64,000 nucleotides of DNA from Bacteriovoracaceae bacterium. Its GTDB lineage: Bacteria; Bdellovibrionota; Bacteriovoracia; Bacteriovoracales; Bacteriovoracaceae. The stretch is from NCBI GenBank assembly GCA_048270185.1, contig JBLWTJ010000003.1, forward strand, positions 160,001-224,000, given 5' to 3'. The translations under genes were made by a program, and so were the position numbers. The notes under the pieces were generated by a model. The model made no database searches, was not told the DNA's origin, and was given only the letters and a program-made list of their open reading frames with translations. This document shows, piece after piece, positions 1-10,900 of the stretch (the first letter of the stretch is position 1; each line of letters begins with the position of its first letter).

Positions 1-1007
1 TCTTTAGTGAATTAGTTAATGAATTCACTCCTAGCGATCTTGTCAATTGGGCCCAAAGCTTGGGAACAGAAACATTCATTGGAAGTAGTGGACGAATTTT
101 TCCCAAAAAAATGAAGGCCGCCGATATTCTCTATCAATGGATGAGTTATCTCAAAGATAGACCAAATTTCCATCTCCACCTAAAGCATGCCTTAGAAGCT
201 ATAACGAATGATGCTGAGCTAGTCTTTCGCCACAATCACAGCCAGAAGGTAGTGAAGGCCGATTACTATATTCTAGCTCTTGGTGGTGGAAGTTGGCAGA
301 AAACAGGTAGTGACGGTAAGTGGATGGATTTTATTGAAGAACTTGGAGTCACGACTGCACCTCTTAAGCCAATGAATTGTGGTTTTGAAGTAGAGTGGAC
401 GCCATTATTTCTTGAAAAGGTTGATCGTGGTTTTGTGAAAAATATTACTGTGACAAGTTCAAATGGAGAGTCTTGTCGTGGTGAAATTATGCTTACTCCT
501 TACGGTATCGAAGGAGGTGCTCTCTATGGTGTTTCTCATCATATACGTGATGAATTAGAATCCAAAGGTAAGGGGATAATATCAATCGATCTAAAACCAG
601 ACTTAGAGCTTGAAGAAGTCATTAAAAAACTTTCTAAATCGAGTAAGGATTCTTTAACAAATCGACTTCGCAAGAACTTAGGAATTGAAAAAGTTGCTCT
701 ATCACTTCTTTACGAAGTACTCGATCGCAAGAAGTCTTTTGAAGACGTAAATTATCTTGCAAGAACTATTAAAGAGTTGAAAATAGAGACAAATAAATGT
801 CGACCTATTGATGAGGCCATCTCAACTTCAGGTGGAGTGTGTTTTAAAGATTTAACTAGCAATCTATCTGCTAAGAAGAATGAGCGCTATTACTTTGTTG
901 GTGAAATGCTTGATTTTGAAGCGCCTACTGGTGGTTATCTTTTACAAGGATGTTTCTCAACAGCTTACCGAGTAGCAAAGAGTATTAAGGAGAGAGAAGG
1001 TGTTTAA
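1..1007 (+). CDS. HI0933/BaiN-family NAD(P)/FAD-dependent flavoprotein (5'-truncated by the window edge)
   Basis: Frame stays open back to the window start (FSELVNEFTPSDLVNWAQSLGTETFIGSSGRIFP). Family motifs ALGGGSW, GEIMLTPYGIEGG, AISTSGGV, GEMLDFEAPTGGYLLQGCFSTA. Confidence 0.9.
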   Translation, partial: FSELVNEFTPSDLVNWAQSLGTETFIGSSGRIFPKKMKAADILYQWMSYLKDRPNFHLHLKHALEAITNDAELVFRHNHSQKVVKADYYILALGGGSWQKTGSDGKWMDFIEELGVTTAPLKPMNCGFEVEWTPLFLEKVDRGFVKNITVTSSNGESCRGEIMLTPYGIEGGALYGVSHHIRDELESKGKGIISIDLKPDLELEEVIKKLSKSSKDSLTNRLRKNLGIEKVALSLLYEVLDRKKSFEDVNYLARTIKELKIETNKCRPIDEAISTSGGVCFKDLTSNLSAKKNERYYFVGEMLDFEAPTGGYLLQGCFSTAYRVAKSIKEREGV

Positions 1008-1398
1008 ACTTCACGAAACTTTAGAAAAAGACTTAGTTGAAATTTGTAATTTAAAATTATCAAAACTTATGCTCTTACCAGATAGTGAAAACCCTTGGGT
1101 TGTTCTTGTTCCAATGAGAGATGATATTCGTGAAATTTGTGAGCTTGAGTGGGATGATCAAGTCGAGCTACTGCGAGAAATAAATATGATCAGTCGATAT
1201 TTATCGTCTAATTTTTCCCCTGATAAGCTCAATATTGGGGCCCTTGGGAATATGGTTCCACAATTACATATCCATTTAATTGCAAGATTTAAGACAGATC
1301 GAGCATGGCCTGGTGCGATCTGGGGCACTAAGTCGACTAAAGAAACCCATGATATCAATAAGTTAGAAATCTCTCTGAGAGAAGTGTTTGACGTTTAA
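1000..1398 (+). CDS. HIT-family nucleotide hydrolase
   Basis: KLNIGALGNMVPQLHIHLIAR histidine-triad-like motif; GTG start with RBS. Confidence 0.9.
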   Translation: MFKLHETLEKDLVEICNLKLSKLMLLPDSENPWVVLVPMRDDIREICELEWDDQVELLREINMISRYLSSNFSPDKLNIGALGNMVPQLHIHLIARFKTDRAWPGAIWGTKSTKETHDINKLEISLREVFDV

Positions 1399-1502
1399 TG
1401 ACTTATATTATCAAAATAAATTTTTTTTCCTTTTTCTTAGGAATTGTGGAAAAATTAAGGTAAAATATTTTCATTAAAAACAATTTTTAAGAGGTTAATT
1501 AA

Positions 1503-1700
1503 ATGAGTACAGGTACAGTAAAATTCTACAATTCAGCGAAAGGTTTTGGATTCATCACTAAAGAAGATGGTGGAGATCTATTCTTTCACATTTCATCAGT
1601 TCAAGGTGGAGAGCCACACGATGGTGATAAAGTAGAATATGAATTAGGTGACGGGCCAAAAGGGCCATGTGCTGTAAACGTTAAAGTTGCAAATAACTAA
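1503..1700 (+). CDS. Cold-shock domain protein
   Basis: GTVKFYNSAKGFGFI (RNP1) and DLFFHIS (RNP2); RBS GAGG. Confidence 0.97.
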   Translation: MSTGTVKFYNSAKGFGFITKEDGGDLFFHISSVQGGEPHDGDKVEYELGDGPKGPCAVNVKVANN

Positions 1701-1727
1701 TTTATATACATACATTCATTAAAGAAG

Positions 1728-1755
1728 AAGGCCCACTTTTTGTGGGCCTTTTTTT
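1728..1755. terminator. Intrinsic terminator between convergent genes
   Basis: AAGGCCCAC-TTTTT-GTGGGCCTT followed by a T run. Confidence 0.85.
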
Positions 1756-2590
1756 ATGAGTTTAATTTAATTCCATCTTTTGAAATCGTAATGATTTTAT
1801 CTTTATAGAGCATTCCAATCGAACTCTTAAAAGTTTTCTTACTCATGCCAAGATAATTCTTAATTTCTTCTGGGCTACTCTTATCGTGAAGAAAGCTTCG
1901 ACCACCATTCTTCTTTAAGAATTCAAGAATAACATCTTTAGAATCCATAAGGTTTTGAACACCTTGGATTTGAAGTGCAACATCAACAAGTCCATCTTCA
2001 CGAATCTTTTTAACAAAGACTCTATAAGTCTTTCCTAAATGAAGTTTTTGAAAGACCTCATTTTGATAAATCATTCCAATGAATTTCTTATTTAGTATAA
2101 CTCGATAACCAAGTTCAGACTTCTGTGCAATTTGAGCATCAACTTCGTCACCAACTTGAATATCGAAGTCAGATCCTTCAATGAATTGTCCTAGCTTAGT
2201 TGTGCCAAAAATACGTCCCGTAGCATCTTCTTTACAGATACGTACGATATGAGATTCAAACTTTCTTACCTTAATCTTTTGCTCATTACCTGGAACAAGT
2301 AGGTCCTTATCAATACCTAAGTCAAAGAAGGCACCAAAGTCTTGAACCTCAACAACGTCAAGAAGTGCATATTCACCAACCTGTCCGTATGGCATCTCAC
2401 TTGTTGCAACGAGATCACCCTGAGTATCAGGGTAGATAAAAACATCAAGTTTATGGCCGTGATTTGTATTGAGGGGAGCGAAGTCGTTAGGCATGAAGAC
2501 TTCATCAGTCTTCTCATCATCAGTTAAGAAGAAGCCGTTATGAGTTTTTCGGCTTACTGTAAGATGGTTTACTTTTCCTATTTGTAACAT
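1754..2590 (-). CDS. CvfB-family S1 RNA-binding protein
   Basis: MLQIGKVNHLTV start, GAFFDLGIDKDLLVP, C-terminal SSPEEIKNYLGMSKKTFKSSIGMLYK winged helix. Confidence 0.92.
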   Translation of the reverse strand: MLQIGKVNHLTVSRKTHNGFFLTDDEKTDEVFMPNDFAPLNTNHGHKLDVFIYPDTQGDLVATSEMPYGQVGEYALLDVVEVQDFGAFFDLGIDKDLLVPGNEQKIKVRKFESHIVRICKEDATGRIFGTTKLGQFIEGSDFDIQVGDEVDAQIAQKSELGYRVILNKKFIGMIYQNEVFQKLHLGKTYRVFVKKIREDGLVDVALQIQGVQNLMDSKDVILEFLKKNGGRSFLHDKSSPEEIKNYLGMSKKTFKSSIGMLYKDKIITISKDGIKLNS

Positions 2591-2867
2591 TTGTTTTTAC
2601 CTTTGCTGGTTTTGGTGCACTATTAGCTTGTGCCTTTTGGGCCCTTTCCTCACGTGTTCCGCGATTCTTAATGATTAGGCCATTTAAAAATTTTCTTAGA
2701 ACCTGATCTCCACATTCTTTATAATTTGGATGATCGTCTTTTCTAAAAAGTGCCGATAATTCGGTCTTAGTCATTTCAAATTCAACAAGTTTTAATATTT
2801 CAATTATTTCAAAATCTTTCAGTGATAATGCAATTCTAAGTTTTTTTAAAATATCGTTATTCGTCAT
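2538..2867 (-). CDS. DUF1456 (YehS-like) protein
   Basis: MTNNDILKKLRIAL...YKECGDQVLRKFLNGLI is the family pattern. Basic tail overlaps the cvfB-like start by 53 nt. Confidence 0.85.
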   Translation of the reverse strand: MTNNDILKKLRIALSLKDFEIIEILKLVEFEMTKTELSALFRKDDHPNYKECGDQVLRKFLNGLIIKNRGTREERAQKAQANSAPKPAKVKTNVTNRKSKPSYSKPKNS

Positions 2868-3268
2868 TACTTGCGTCCTAAGTGATCAAGTAGGTCATCA
2901 AGTCCGCGGCGACGACGTTGTTTCTTTTTAAAGATGATTTCTTCTTTTGCTTCTTCTTTTTCTAGTTTCTCTTTTGAGATCTTAGAAGCTAATTTTACCG
3001 ACTTTTCTTTCTTTGCCTCTTCAAAATTATCTTTTGCAATTGATACTTTGACAGTACGTCCATCAAGGACAGTTCCATCAAGAGAGTCGATTGCTTTCTT
3101 AGATGATTTTGCATCGGCCATTTGTATAAAAGCGATTCCGCGACTTTTTTGAGTACCTGGAATTGTCAGTAGATTTACTGATTTCACTTTGCCATAACGT
3201 CCAAAAATTCCTTGGAGTTGTTTTGCATCAATCTTATAATTTAGGTTTCCAATATAAACCGTATTCAT
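2867..3268 (-). CDS. RRM-domain RNA-binding protein
   Basis: VYIGNL (RNP2), SRGIAFIQM (RNP1), LDGRTVKVS; charged C-terminal tail. Confidence 0.93.
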   Translation of the reverse strand: MNTVYIGNLNYKIDAKQLQGIFGRYGKVKSVNLLTIPGTQKSRGIAFIQMADAKSSKKAIDSLDGTVLDGRTVKVSIAKDNFEEAKKEKSVKLASKISKEKLEKEEAKEEIIFKKKQRRRRGLDDLLDHLGRK

Positions 3269-3380
3269 ATATGCCTCTTAAGTTGTAAATATGGGCCAAC
3301 TTAGCATCATTCAAGGCAAATTTGTGAAAAACCTTTGAAATTAGGTAATAATTACGCTTGGTATAGGACTTAAGTACCTG

Positions 3381-4247
3381 TTAGAAGGAATCCCAAATAA
3401 ATTGAGCAACTTCTCCAAGACCATGTTCCTTCTTATGCCCTAAACAAAAATTGACGCTTACTTTTTTTTCTAGATTTTTAAGATAGACGAGATCCCCTGA
3501 TTTAAGATCATCTTTGATAAGAGTCGCCGGTAGACGCCCCCAACCAAATCCATTTAAAATCATCTCTTTCTTTGATGGGGTATCTGTAACGTGCCATTTT
3601 AGTGCATCTTCATTAATACCAATTTTGATATCATCATCTGGGATGGTACTTCGTTGAATAATTTGTGGATAATTAGCAAGGCTCTTAAAGCTTTGTTCTT
3701 TCTTTGGTAAGTTTAGAAATGGATGATCCTTGGCCACCACTAGATACATATCAACTTCACCAATTTGCTTGTACTCGTAATTCTTAATGCTTGAGAGATC
3801 TTCAAATATTGCAAGATCCACCTTTCCGCTATTTAACATCTTCTCACCACTTAAGATTTCACGTTCGATTATGATCTCTGTTGAGGGAGAAAATTCCATG
3901 GCCTTCTTTATGATCGGGTACAACTTTTCAAGTCCGTAAATTCCTGAAACTGATAAAGTGAGCCTTGTTTCAACGTTAGATGATATTTGTTGAGTCTTTT
4001 GAATTAGCTCATCATATTGATTTGTAAGCTTCTTTGCTTCATTAAGAAATTCACGGCCTTTTTGTGTGATGGTTGGTCGATAAGAATCTCTATCAAGCAA
4101 AGCAAAGCCAACTTGTTCTTCAAGATTGTTAATTGAGTAAATGACCGCTGACTTTGCCTTTGCTAAAAGGTTTGCGGCCTTGGTGAAACTTCCGGCCTGA
4201 TCTAGGGCCTGAAGACATTTTATCTGCTCTATTGTTATCCAAATCAT
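3381..4247 (-). CDS. LysR-family transcriptional regulator
   Basis: GSFTKAA...SAVIYSINNLEEQVGFALLDR HTH; divergent from a YceI gene. Confidence 0.93.
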   Translation of the reverse strand: MIWITIEQIKCLQALDQAGSFTKAANLLAKAKSAVIYSINNLEEQVGFALLDRDSYRPTITQKGREFLNEAKKLTNQYDELIQKTQQISSNVETRLTLSVSGIYGLEKLYPIIKKAMEFSPSTEIIIEREILSGEKMLNSGKVDLAIFEDLSSIKNYEYKQIGEVDMYLVVAKDHPFLNLPKKEQSFKSLANYPQIIQRSTIPDDDIKIGINEDALKWHVTDTPSKKEMILNGFGWGRLPATLIKDDLKSGDLVYLKNLEKKVSVNFCLGHKKEHGLGEVAQFIWDSF

Positions 4248-4361
4248 GGTCTAATTATAGCACAAGATGGTGGGGTTAATGTTCTTTATTTTTAAGGTTT
4301 TTTTGCTACTATTATATCAACAAATTAAGTAATAATTCATAATCGATAACGGAGGAATATT

Positions 4362-4901
4362 ATGAAAAAACTAATGATATTAGCAATTGCTGCTCTAACA
4401 ATGTTTACTGCTGGTGCTGCTCAAATTGATACTGCAAAATCAACTGTATACTGGCAAGGGACTAAGGTAACTGGCCGTCACTTCGGAACAGTTAAAATTA
4501 AATCAGGTGAAATTAAGCTTGAAAAAGGACAACTTGTATCAGGGACTGTCGTTGTTGATATGAACTCTTTCACTGCAACTGACCTACAAGGTGAGTGGCT
4601 TGATAAGCTAAATGGTCACCTTAAGAATGAAGATTTCTTTCATGTTTCAAAGTACCCAACTGCAACTCTTAAAATCAAGAAAGTTGAAGGTTTCACTGTA
4701 ACAGCTGATCTTACAATTCTAGGAAAGACAAATGAAGTTAAATTTCTAGCAGCTAATCAAGGAAATAAATTTGTTGGAACACTTGAATTTGATCGTACAG
4801 AATTTGGTCTTAAATATGGTTCGGCTTCTTTCTTCAAGAGCTTAGGTGATAAAGCGATTGATAACAAAGTAAGCTTAGCATTTGATGTTGTTGTAAAATA
4901 A
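4362..4901 (+). CDS. YceI-family periplasmic lipid/polyisoprenoid-binding protein
   Basis: Signal peptide; HLKNEDFFHVSKYPTA, DLTILGKT, FDRTEFGLKYGS. Confidence 0.93.
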   Translation: MKKLMILAIAALTMFTAGAAQIDTAKSTVYWQGTKVTGRHFGTVKIKSGEIKLEKGQLVSGTVVVDMNSFTATDLQGEWLDKLNGHLKNEDFFHVSKYPTATLKIKKVEGFTVTADLTILGKTNEVKFLAANQGNKFVGTLEFDRTEFGLKYGSASFFKSLGDKAIDNKVSLAFDVVVK

Positions 4902-4939
4902 ATAAAACACTCTCTCAAAATTTATTTTAACATCCAGAC

Positions 4940-4977
4940 AAAAAAAGAAGGCCAGCAAATGCTGGCCTTTTCTTTTT
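4940..4977. terminator. Bidirectional intrinsic terminator
   Basis: A run, AAGGCCAGC-AAAT-GCTGGCCTT, then T-rich run, between convergent genes. Confidence 0.88.
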
Positions 4978-6016
4978 ATTTTCTTTTTGGATATAAGTGA
5001 TAATAGTAGTCAGTAATGGTCTCTTCATATGAACGATATTTGATGAGTCCTGTCTCAAGTGATTTTGAGTTATCAATTTTTAATTGATGGCCTACATTCT
5101 TACTAACGTACTCGCGAGTAAAGTTGGCCAAAGGCGCAAAAAGCCATAGAGCAGGTTTCGGAAGATGAAGTCTTGGAAAGAGTAATCCACCTACTTTTTT
5201 TCGTAGTGTCTTTCCAATATCAAGTAGATTACAGTTTTCCGCTGATACGATATTTCTTCCACTCATTGATGAATCAAATCCTGCATTAATATGTGCTCTT
5301 GCAACATCTCTAACATCGACTATGGCAAGGTTAATATCAGGACATCCAAGCATCATTGTCCCGTCACAAAATTGTTTAAATATTTTCTTTGACTCATATT
5401 GTGCGTCTTTCTTTATTGCGGGGCCAATAATCCATGATGGATTAATAACGACAAGATCCCATTGATCTTGTTCTGCTACCATTTTCCATGCTTCTTTCTC
5501 TGCTTGTAGCTTTGAGAAAGAATAGGGGGCATGAGTAAGAGAGGAAGTTGTATTCCAATCATTTTCATTAAATGTGAAATTATCTTTTTGGGCCGCATCG
5601 ACACAATCACCAAAAATACTGGCAATACTACTAGTTAGAACAACTCTTTTAATGGAAGATGATTTATTTGCAGACTCAAGGATATTTCTCGTTCCGTTCA
5701 GTGCTGGCTCGATCAATTCTTTTTGTGGGTCTTTCTTTAAATCATAGAAGAAAGGAGAGGCCGTATGAATAATTAATTCACAACCTTCTATCGCTTCTTG
5801 ATAGCTCCCTTCTTCGAGTAAATCAGTTTTAAAGAATCTTATCTTTGATTTATCTTGTGTTAAATCTTGTAAGTGAGCAATCTTAGCTTCATCATCAGGA
5901 CTTCTTACACAACAATGAACACTATAACCATCATCTAGTAGGTATTTTACGATCCAACTAGCTAGGTAACCTGTCGCTCCTGTAACGACAATTGGTTTAT
6001 TCTTATCGATTTCCAT
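4976..6016 (-). CDS. Extended SDR, NAD-dependent epimerase/dehydratase (dihydroflavonol reductase-like)
   Basis: VTGATGYLA Rossmann motif, HTASPF, YSFSK catalytic YxxxK, VDVRDVARAH. Confidence 0.92.
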   Translation of the reverse strand: MEIDKNKPIVVTGATGYLASWIVKYLLDDGYSVHCCVRSPDDEAKIAHLQDLTQDKSKIRFFKTDLLEEGSYQEAIEGCELIIHTASPFFYDLKKDPQKELIEPALNGTRNILESANKSSSIKRVVLTSSIASIFGDCVDAAQKDNFTFNENDWNTTSSLTHAPYSFSKLQAEKEAWKMVAEQDQWDLVVINPSWIIGPAIKKDAQYESKKIFKQFCDGTMMLGCPDINLAIVDVRDVARAHINAGFDSSMSGRNIVSAENCNLLDIGKTLRKKVGGLLFPRLHLPKPALWLFAPLANFTREYVSKNVGHQLKIDNSKSLETGLIKYRSYEETITDYYYHLYPKRK

Positions 6017-6021
6017 TCTTC

Positions 6022-7296
6022 CTAGCTCAAGCTTTTCTTATCTAAGTATCTTTGTGTTACAACCGCCCCGATGATATCACCCTCGACATTGACGGCCGTT
6101 CTAAATGTATCCAGTGGCCTTTCAATAACTAATAAGATTCCAATGGCCTCAAGAGGAATACCGGCCGCGAGAAGAACCATCTGCATTCCCGACATTGACC
6201 CCGATGGCATTCCTGGCGCACCAATTGATGAGAGCATGGCCATAAAGAAGATCGAGAACATGGCAACACCTGAGAGTTCAATTCCGTAAAGGTTTGCTAA
6301 GAAGATCGCTGCGATTCCTTCAAAGAGTGCCGTTCCATCCATATTCATTGTTGCCCCAAGAGGGAAGACAAATCCACTTACTCCTTTGGAAACCCCAAGC
6401 TCCTCTTCACAAGTCTGCATTGTCACAGGTAGTGTTGCCGAACTTGAAGCAGTTGATAGGGCCAGAAATAGTGGTCTTGCGGTTTTCTTAAAAAGGTCAA
6501 TTGGATTAAGTTTTCCAAAGAACCAAGCAATTGATGGCAGAACAAGGAGCCCGTGAACCATCGTTGCGCCAAAGACTAAGAGGGCAAAGGAGAGTAGTTC
6601 TGAAAAGATGTCCCCAGAGACCTTGACTTTAAAATCAAAGACGATGGCAAAGATTCCAATTGGACTTAAGTTGATAATCCAATGAAGAACTTTATTGACG
6701 ACGATATTTAAGTCCTTAACGATTTGATAGAGAGGACTTGAAGTTTGATGGACAATTAGAAGGGATAATCCAAGAAGTAAGGCCGCAGTAACAATTCCTA
6801 GAATATTATTATTTGCTAGTGCATGGAATGGGTTCACAAGAGCTGTATTAAAAACATTCTGAATAACAAGTGGAATTGAATTTGATCCTTCAGCAATAAA
6901 CTTAGCAGGCTTTTGCTGTTGCATTGTCTCAGGTGTTTTAATTGTCACTCCTGAATCTTTCCAAGGGTGAATAAAGAAGACGGCCGCAAGTCCAATGCAG
7001 ATGGCAATGATTGTCGTTGAAATATAGTAGGTGATCGTAACCATTCCCATTGACTTTAATTTTGTGATTTCACCGATACTAATAATCCCTCCAATAAGAG
7101 AGAAGAAGATCATTGGTGCAATCATCATTTTAAGGGAGCTTATGAAAACCGATTTTATCATCACAATGATGAGGTATAAATTTGGTGGTGTCTTCATTGA
7201 TGCCCAGGCCGGATCACCAAAAATAGAACCGAATATATAACCAAGAACTCCTGCGACAAGAACCCAGAAGCTTAAGTTTTTGACTACTTTACTCAT
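6022..7296 (-). CDS. Dicarboxylate/amino acid:cation symporter (DAACS)
   Basis: TASSSATLP, PLGATMNMDGTALF, LDTFRTAVNVEGD. Confidence 0.96.
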   Translation of the reverse strand: MSKVVKNLSFWVLVAGVLGYIFGSIFGDPAWASMKTPPNLYLIIVMIKSVFISSLKMMIAPMIFFSLIGGIISIGEITKLKSMGMVTITYYISTTIIAICIGLAAVFFIHPWKDSGVTIKTPETMQQQKPAKFIAEGSNSIPLVIQNVFNTALVNPFHALANNNILGIVTAALLLGLSLLIVHQTSSPLYQIVKDLNIVVNKVLHWIINLSPIGIFAIVFDFKVKVSGDIFSELLSFALLVFGATMVHGLLVLPSIAWFFGKLNPIDLFKKTARPLFLALSTASSSATLPVTMQTCEEELGVSKGVSGFVFPLGATMNMDGTALFEGIAAIFLANLYGIELSGVAMFSIFFMAMLSSIGAPGMPSGSMSGMQMVLLAAGIPLEAIGILLVIERPLDTFRTAVNVEGDIIGAVVTQRYLDKKSLS

Positions 7297-7345
7297 TTAT
7301 TAATTCCTTTCTTTTATACGTGAGTCTCTATTTTAATCCTTAAAC

Positions 7346-7954
7346 ATGATTAAAAAAAGGGTTATAATGGATTGGATGAAAGAAAGATGCCCATGGCTTA
7401 AATTATCCAATGATGAATATGTTGATTACCACGATCGTGAGTGGGGGCGTCCCGTCCACGATGATCGAACACTTTTTGAGTTCTTAATATTAGAAGGTGC
7501 ACAGGCCGGTTTAAGTTGGGAAACTGTTCTTAAAAAAAGAGATAATTATCGTAAGGCATTTTTTAATTTTGACGTAAGGAAAGTTTCAAGAATTTCTCCT
7601 GCAAAAGTTGAAAAGCTCTTACAAGATCCAGGGATCATCAGAAATCGCCTCAAAGTTGAGTCAACTGTCTCTAATGCGAAGGCTTTCTTGGCCATTCAAA
7701 AAGAGTTTGGAAGCTTTGATAAGTATATTTGGTCATTCACAAATGGAAAGACGATCTACAATAGTTTTAAGACTCACAAAGACTATCCATCTAAGACTGA
7801 ATTAAGTGATACGATTTCAAAAGACTTAAAGAAGCGAGGCTTTCGCTTCGTTGGAAGTACGATTGTATATGCTTTCTTGCAAGCTTGTGGCATCGTACAA
7901 GACCATTCAAAAAATTGCTATCTACATGGAAAGAAATTAAAAAGATTGACCTAA
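7346..7954 (+). CDS. tag: DNA-3-methyladenine glycosylase I
   Basis: RCPW...YHDREWG, LEGAQAGLSW, IIRNRLK, C-terminal DHSKNC. True start may be 7367 or 7376. Confidence 0.95.
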   Translation: MIKKRVIMDWMKERCPWLKLSNDEYVDYHDREWGRPVHDDRTLFEFLILEGAQAGLSWETVLKKRDNYRKAFFNFDVRKVSRISPAKVEKLLQDPGIIRNRLKVESTVSNAKAFLAIQKEFGSFDKYIWSFTNGKTIYNSFKTHKDYPSKTELSDTISKDLKKRGFRFVGSTIVYAFLQACGIVQDHSKNCYLHGKKLKRLT

Positions 7955-7985
7955 AGTCTTTTAAACCCTAGGCCAATATATTGAA

Positions 7986-10900
7986 TTAGTTTAGAAAGAC
8001 TTCTTCTTCAACTTCCTCTTTCTTTATAACGAATCTTGTTAATAGTGAGAAGATTGATGGTGTTAGAAATAGGGTAATAATAGTTGAGATTGCTAGGCCC
8101 CATCCCATCGTCAGCATCATTTCTGATAGCATTGAGTCGTATCCTGCAAATCCATAGGCCGTTGGAAGAACCCCAATAACTGTTGTAAGAGTTGTCAGGA
8201 TAATCGCTCTTAGACGAGTTGAAGAGATATGGGCAATTTGCTTATAGAGCTCATCTCGATTTGGAGTATACTTTGTTTCATTTATCAGCTTATCGATGAG
8301 AACGATGGAATCGTTGACGACAACACCGATCATACCAAGAGCACCAATGACGGCAAAGAATCCAAAGATTGCCATATTGTGGGCCAGGAGAATATAGATC
8401 ACGCCAGAGATTCCTATTGGAATAATCGTCATGATTATGAGTGGTGCCGATAATGATTTGAATTGAATCGTTAGAATCATATAGATGAGGGATATGACGA
8501 GGAAGCCTGCCATCATAAAGTCACCTGTTGATTCACGAGTCTCTTCAATCTCACCAACAAAGTTAATAATTGCTGATGGGTATTGTTTTAGAATATCTGG
8601 AAAGACATCATTCTCATAATAATCAGCGATCTCCAGTGGCGTTGTATTTGCTCCATCTTCAATATCTGAGTACACCATTGTCGTTCTTTTGTAGTTAACA
8701 CGTTCAATATTGGATGGCTTAACAATCTCCTCAACCTTAATAAAGCGAGAGATTGGTACATAACCACCCTTACCATTATCAATACGAAGCTTCTCTAGGC
8801 TATCAATATCAACTTTGTAGTTCTTATCAACGGTGAGTCTAACTTCAACTTCTTCATCACTACTTTTAAGAGTGTAGAGAACTGAGCCTTGAACAAAGGT
8901 ACGTAGGGAAGTTGTGACATCACTTGGAGTAAGTCCAAATCGTAAGATTTCATTTTGATTGATTTTAAAATTATATTCTTTAGCGTCGATTGGTTTTTCA
9001 ATCTCAACATTTTTTAACTTCTTATTGGCCGTCTGGTGATCAGCAATGAGCTTGGCAATTTTTCCTCTTATCTCATCATTATTTTCTTGAATTTGAACTT
9101 CAATCGTAGAGCCCGATCCACTTCCCCAACGTGATTTAAAAAAGCGAACTTCGTCAAGATTCGGAAGTCCTGCTAAACGTCCTTCAAGGTGTTTAATAAT
9201 TTCATCGGCAGAAAGCTCTCTTTCATCGGCGGGAAGAATTTCAATATTGATACTGGCGCGATTATAGTTGACAGCCCCACCTCGTCGCGACTGACCGATA
9301 TTCGATCTAAAGCCAATAATACTCATTTTATCGGCATCTTCTAAAAGAATATCTTCAACTGGTTTTAGCCATTCATTCATCTCTAACTTAGAAGTTCCTT
9401 TCTTAGTTTTTATACTTAAACTAAGTTCCTTACTTTCTTCACGAGGAAACATAACGAACTTTAGCTTTGAAGAGAATAAGTAGCCAGATAAGAGAGTCGA
9501 ACAAATAAAACCAATGATTATAAGGAAACGGTATCGAAGGGCCTTTTCTAAGAAACGAGCATAAATTCCTTCATATTTTCTAAACCAATGAGCTCCATGT
9601 TTCTTCTTTGGCTTTTTCGAATAAACGTGGGCCGGCAAAACAGTGAAGGACTCTATGAGAGAGGCCACAAGCATCATTGTAATAATAAATGGAAGAACAT
9701 AGACGAATTTACCAAACCATCCTCCAAAGAAGAGTAGTGGTACAAAGGCCACACAAGTAGTGGCAATGGCACTTGTAATTGGCATAAGAAGTTTCGCAAC
9801 TTCTGATGTTACTTTATCCATTAATTCTTTTAAAGTACCTTTATGGTCTTCGGTTATTCGGCCAATATTTTCGGCCACAATAATGGCATCATCAACAACA
9901 ATACCCATAACGATAATAATTGCTGCAAGGGTCATATTATTGATGGTGTAGTCAAAGATCAGCATACAAATTAAGGTAAAACATAGAGTAAATGGTATCC
10001 CCATACTTACCCAAATCCCTGATTTAAAATCAAGAAAGAAGAATAGGACGAGAACGATAAGGGCAAAACCTAAGATACCATTACTCGCAACAATTGAGAG
10101 CCTATTCTTAACATCGTAGGATTCATCATCTAGAGTTACGATTTTAAGATCATCGTGTTGACCTTTTTTATACTTATTAATAAAAGCAAGTGTTGCTTTA
10201 TTGGCCTCAAGAATGTCTACATTGTGACTCTTCTTAAGGTTTAGCATGACTCCTTCGTGGCCATTAATCTTATATATTGAATTCGTCTTCTCAAATGCTT
10301 TCTTAAAAGTAGCAATTTGATCAAGAGTAACTCCTTCTCCGTCATAATTACCTGTGATAAGAAGATCTTTAAAATCACGCTCATCAATTAGTTCATTGAT
10401 GGAAGTAACTTTTGATTGCTGAGTATCTTCAAGAACACCAATAGGTGATCGAATATGACTTTCTCTTAAGCTTGAAACGACCTTGTGAATTGAAATTCTA
10501 TTTTGCTTAATTTTTGCAGGATCTAAGAGGATGTGATTTTCTGGATCGAGGTAACCGCTGCGATCGACTGCAGATACTGCTGGTAGAGTCTTTACCTGAG
10601 TTTCAAAATTTCGAACAAGTTGTTGAAGTCTTGCGCGGTCATCAACACTTAAGTCTCTCTTGCCTTCAAGATAAAAACCGACATCAATATAAGCTTTCTC
10701 TGTCGACTTAAATTGTCTGAAGCTTGGAACTTCCGCTTCATTTGGAAGATCAGCTCTTAAGACGGCATCTTGAATATCTAAATAGACTTCTCTTGGATTG
10801 GGGTAATTCTCTAGCATCACAACTGTGATAGAGCTCGAACCAGTTGAAGAAACAGATCTTACTTCATCAAGGCCTGCGACATTTTTTAGCTCTTCCTCAA

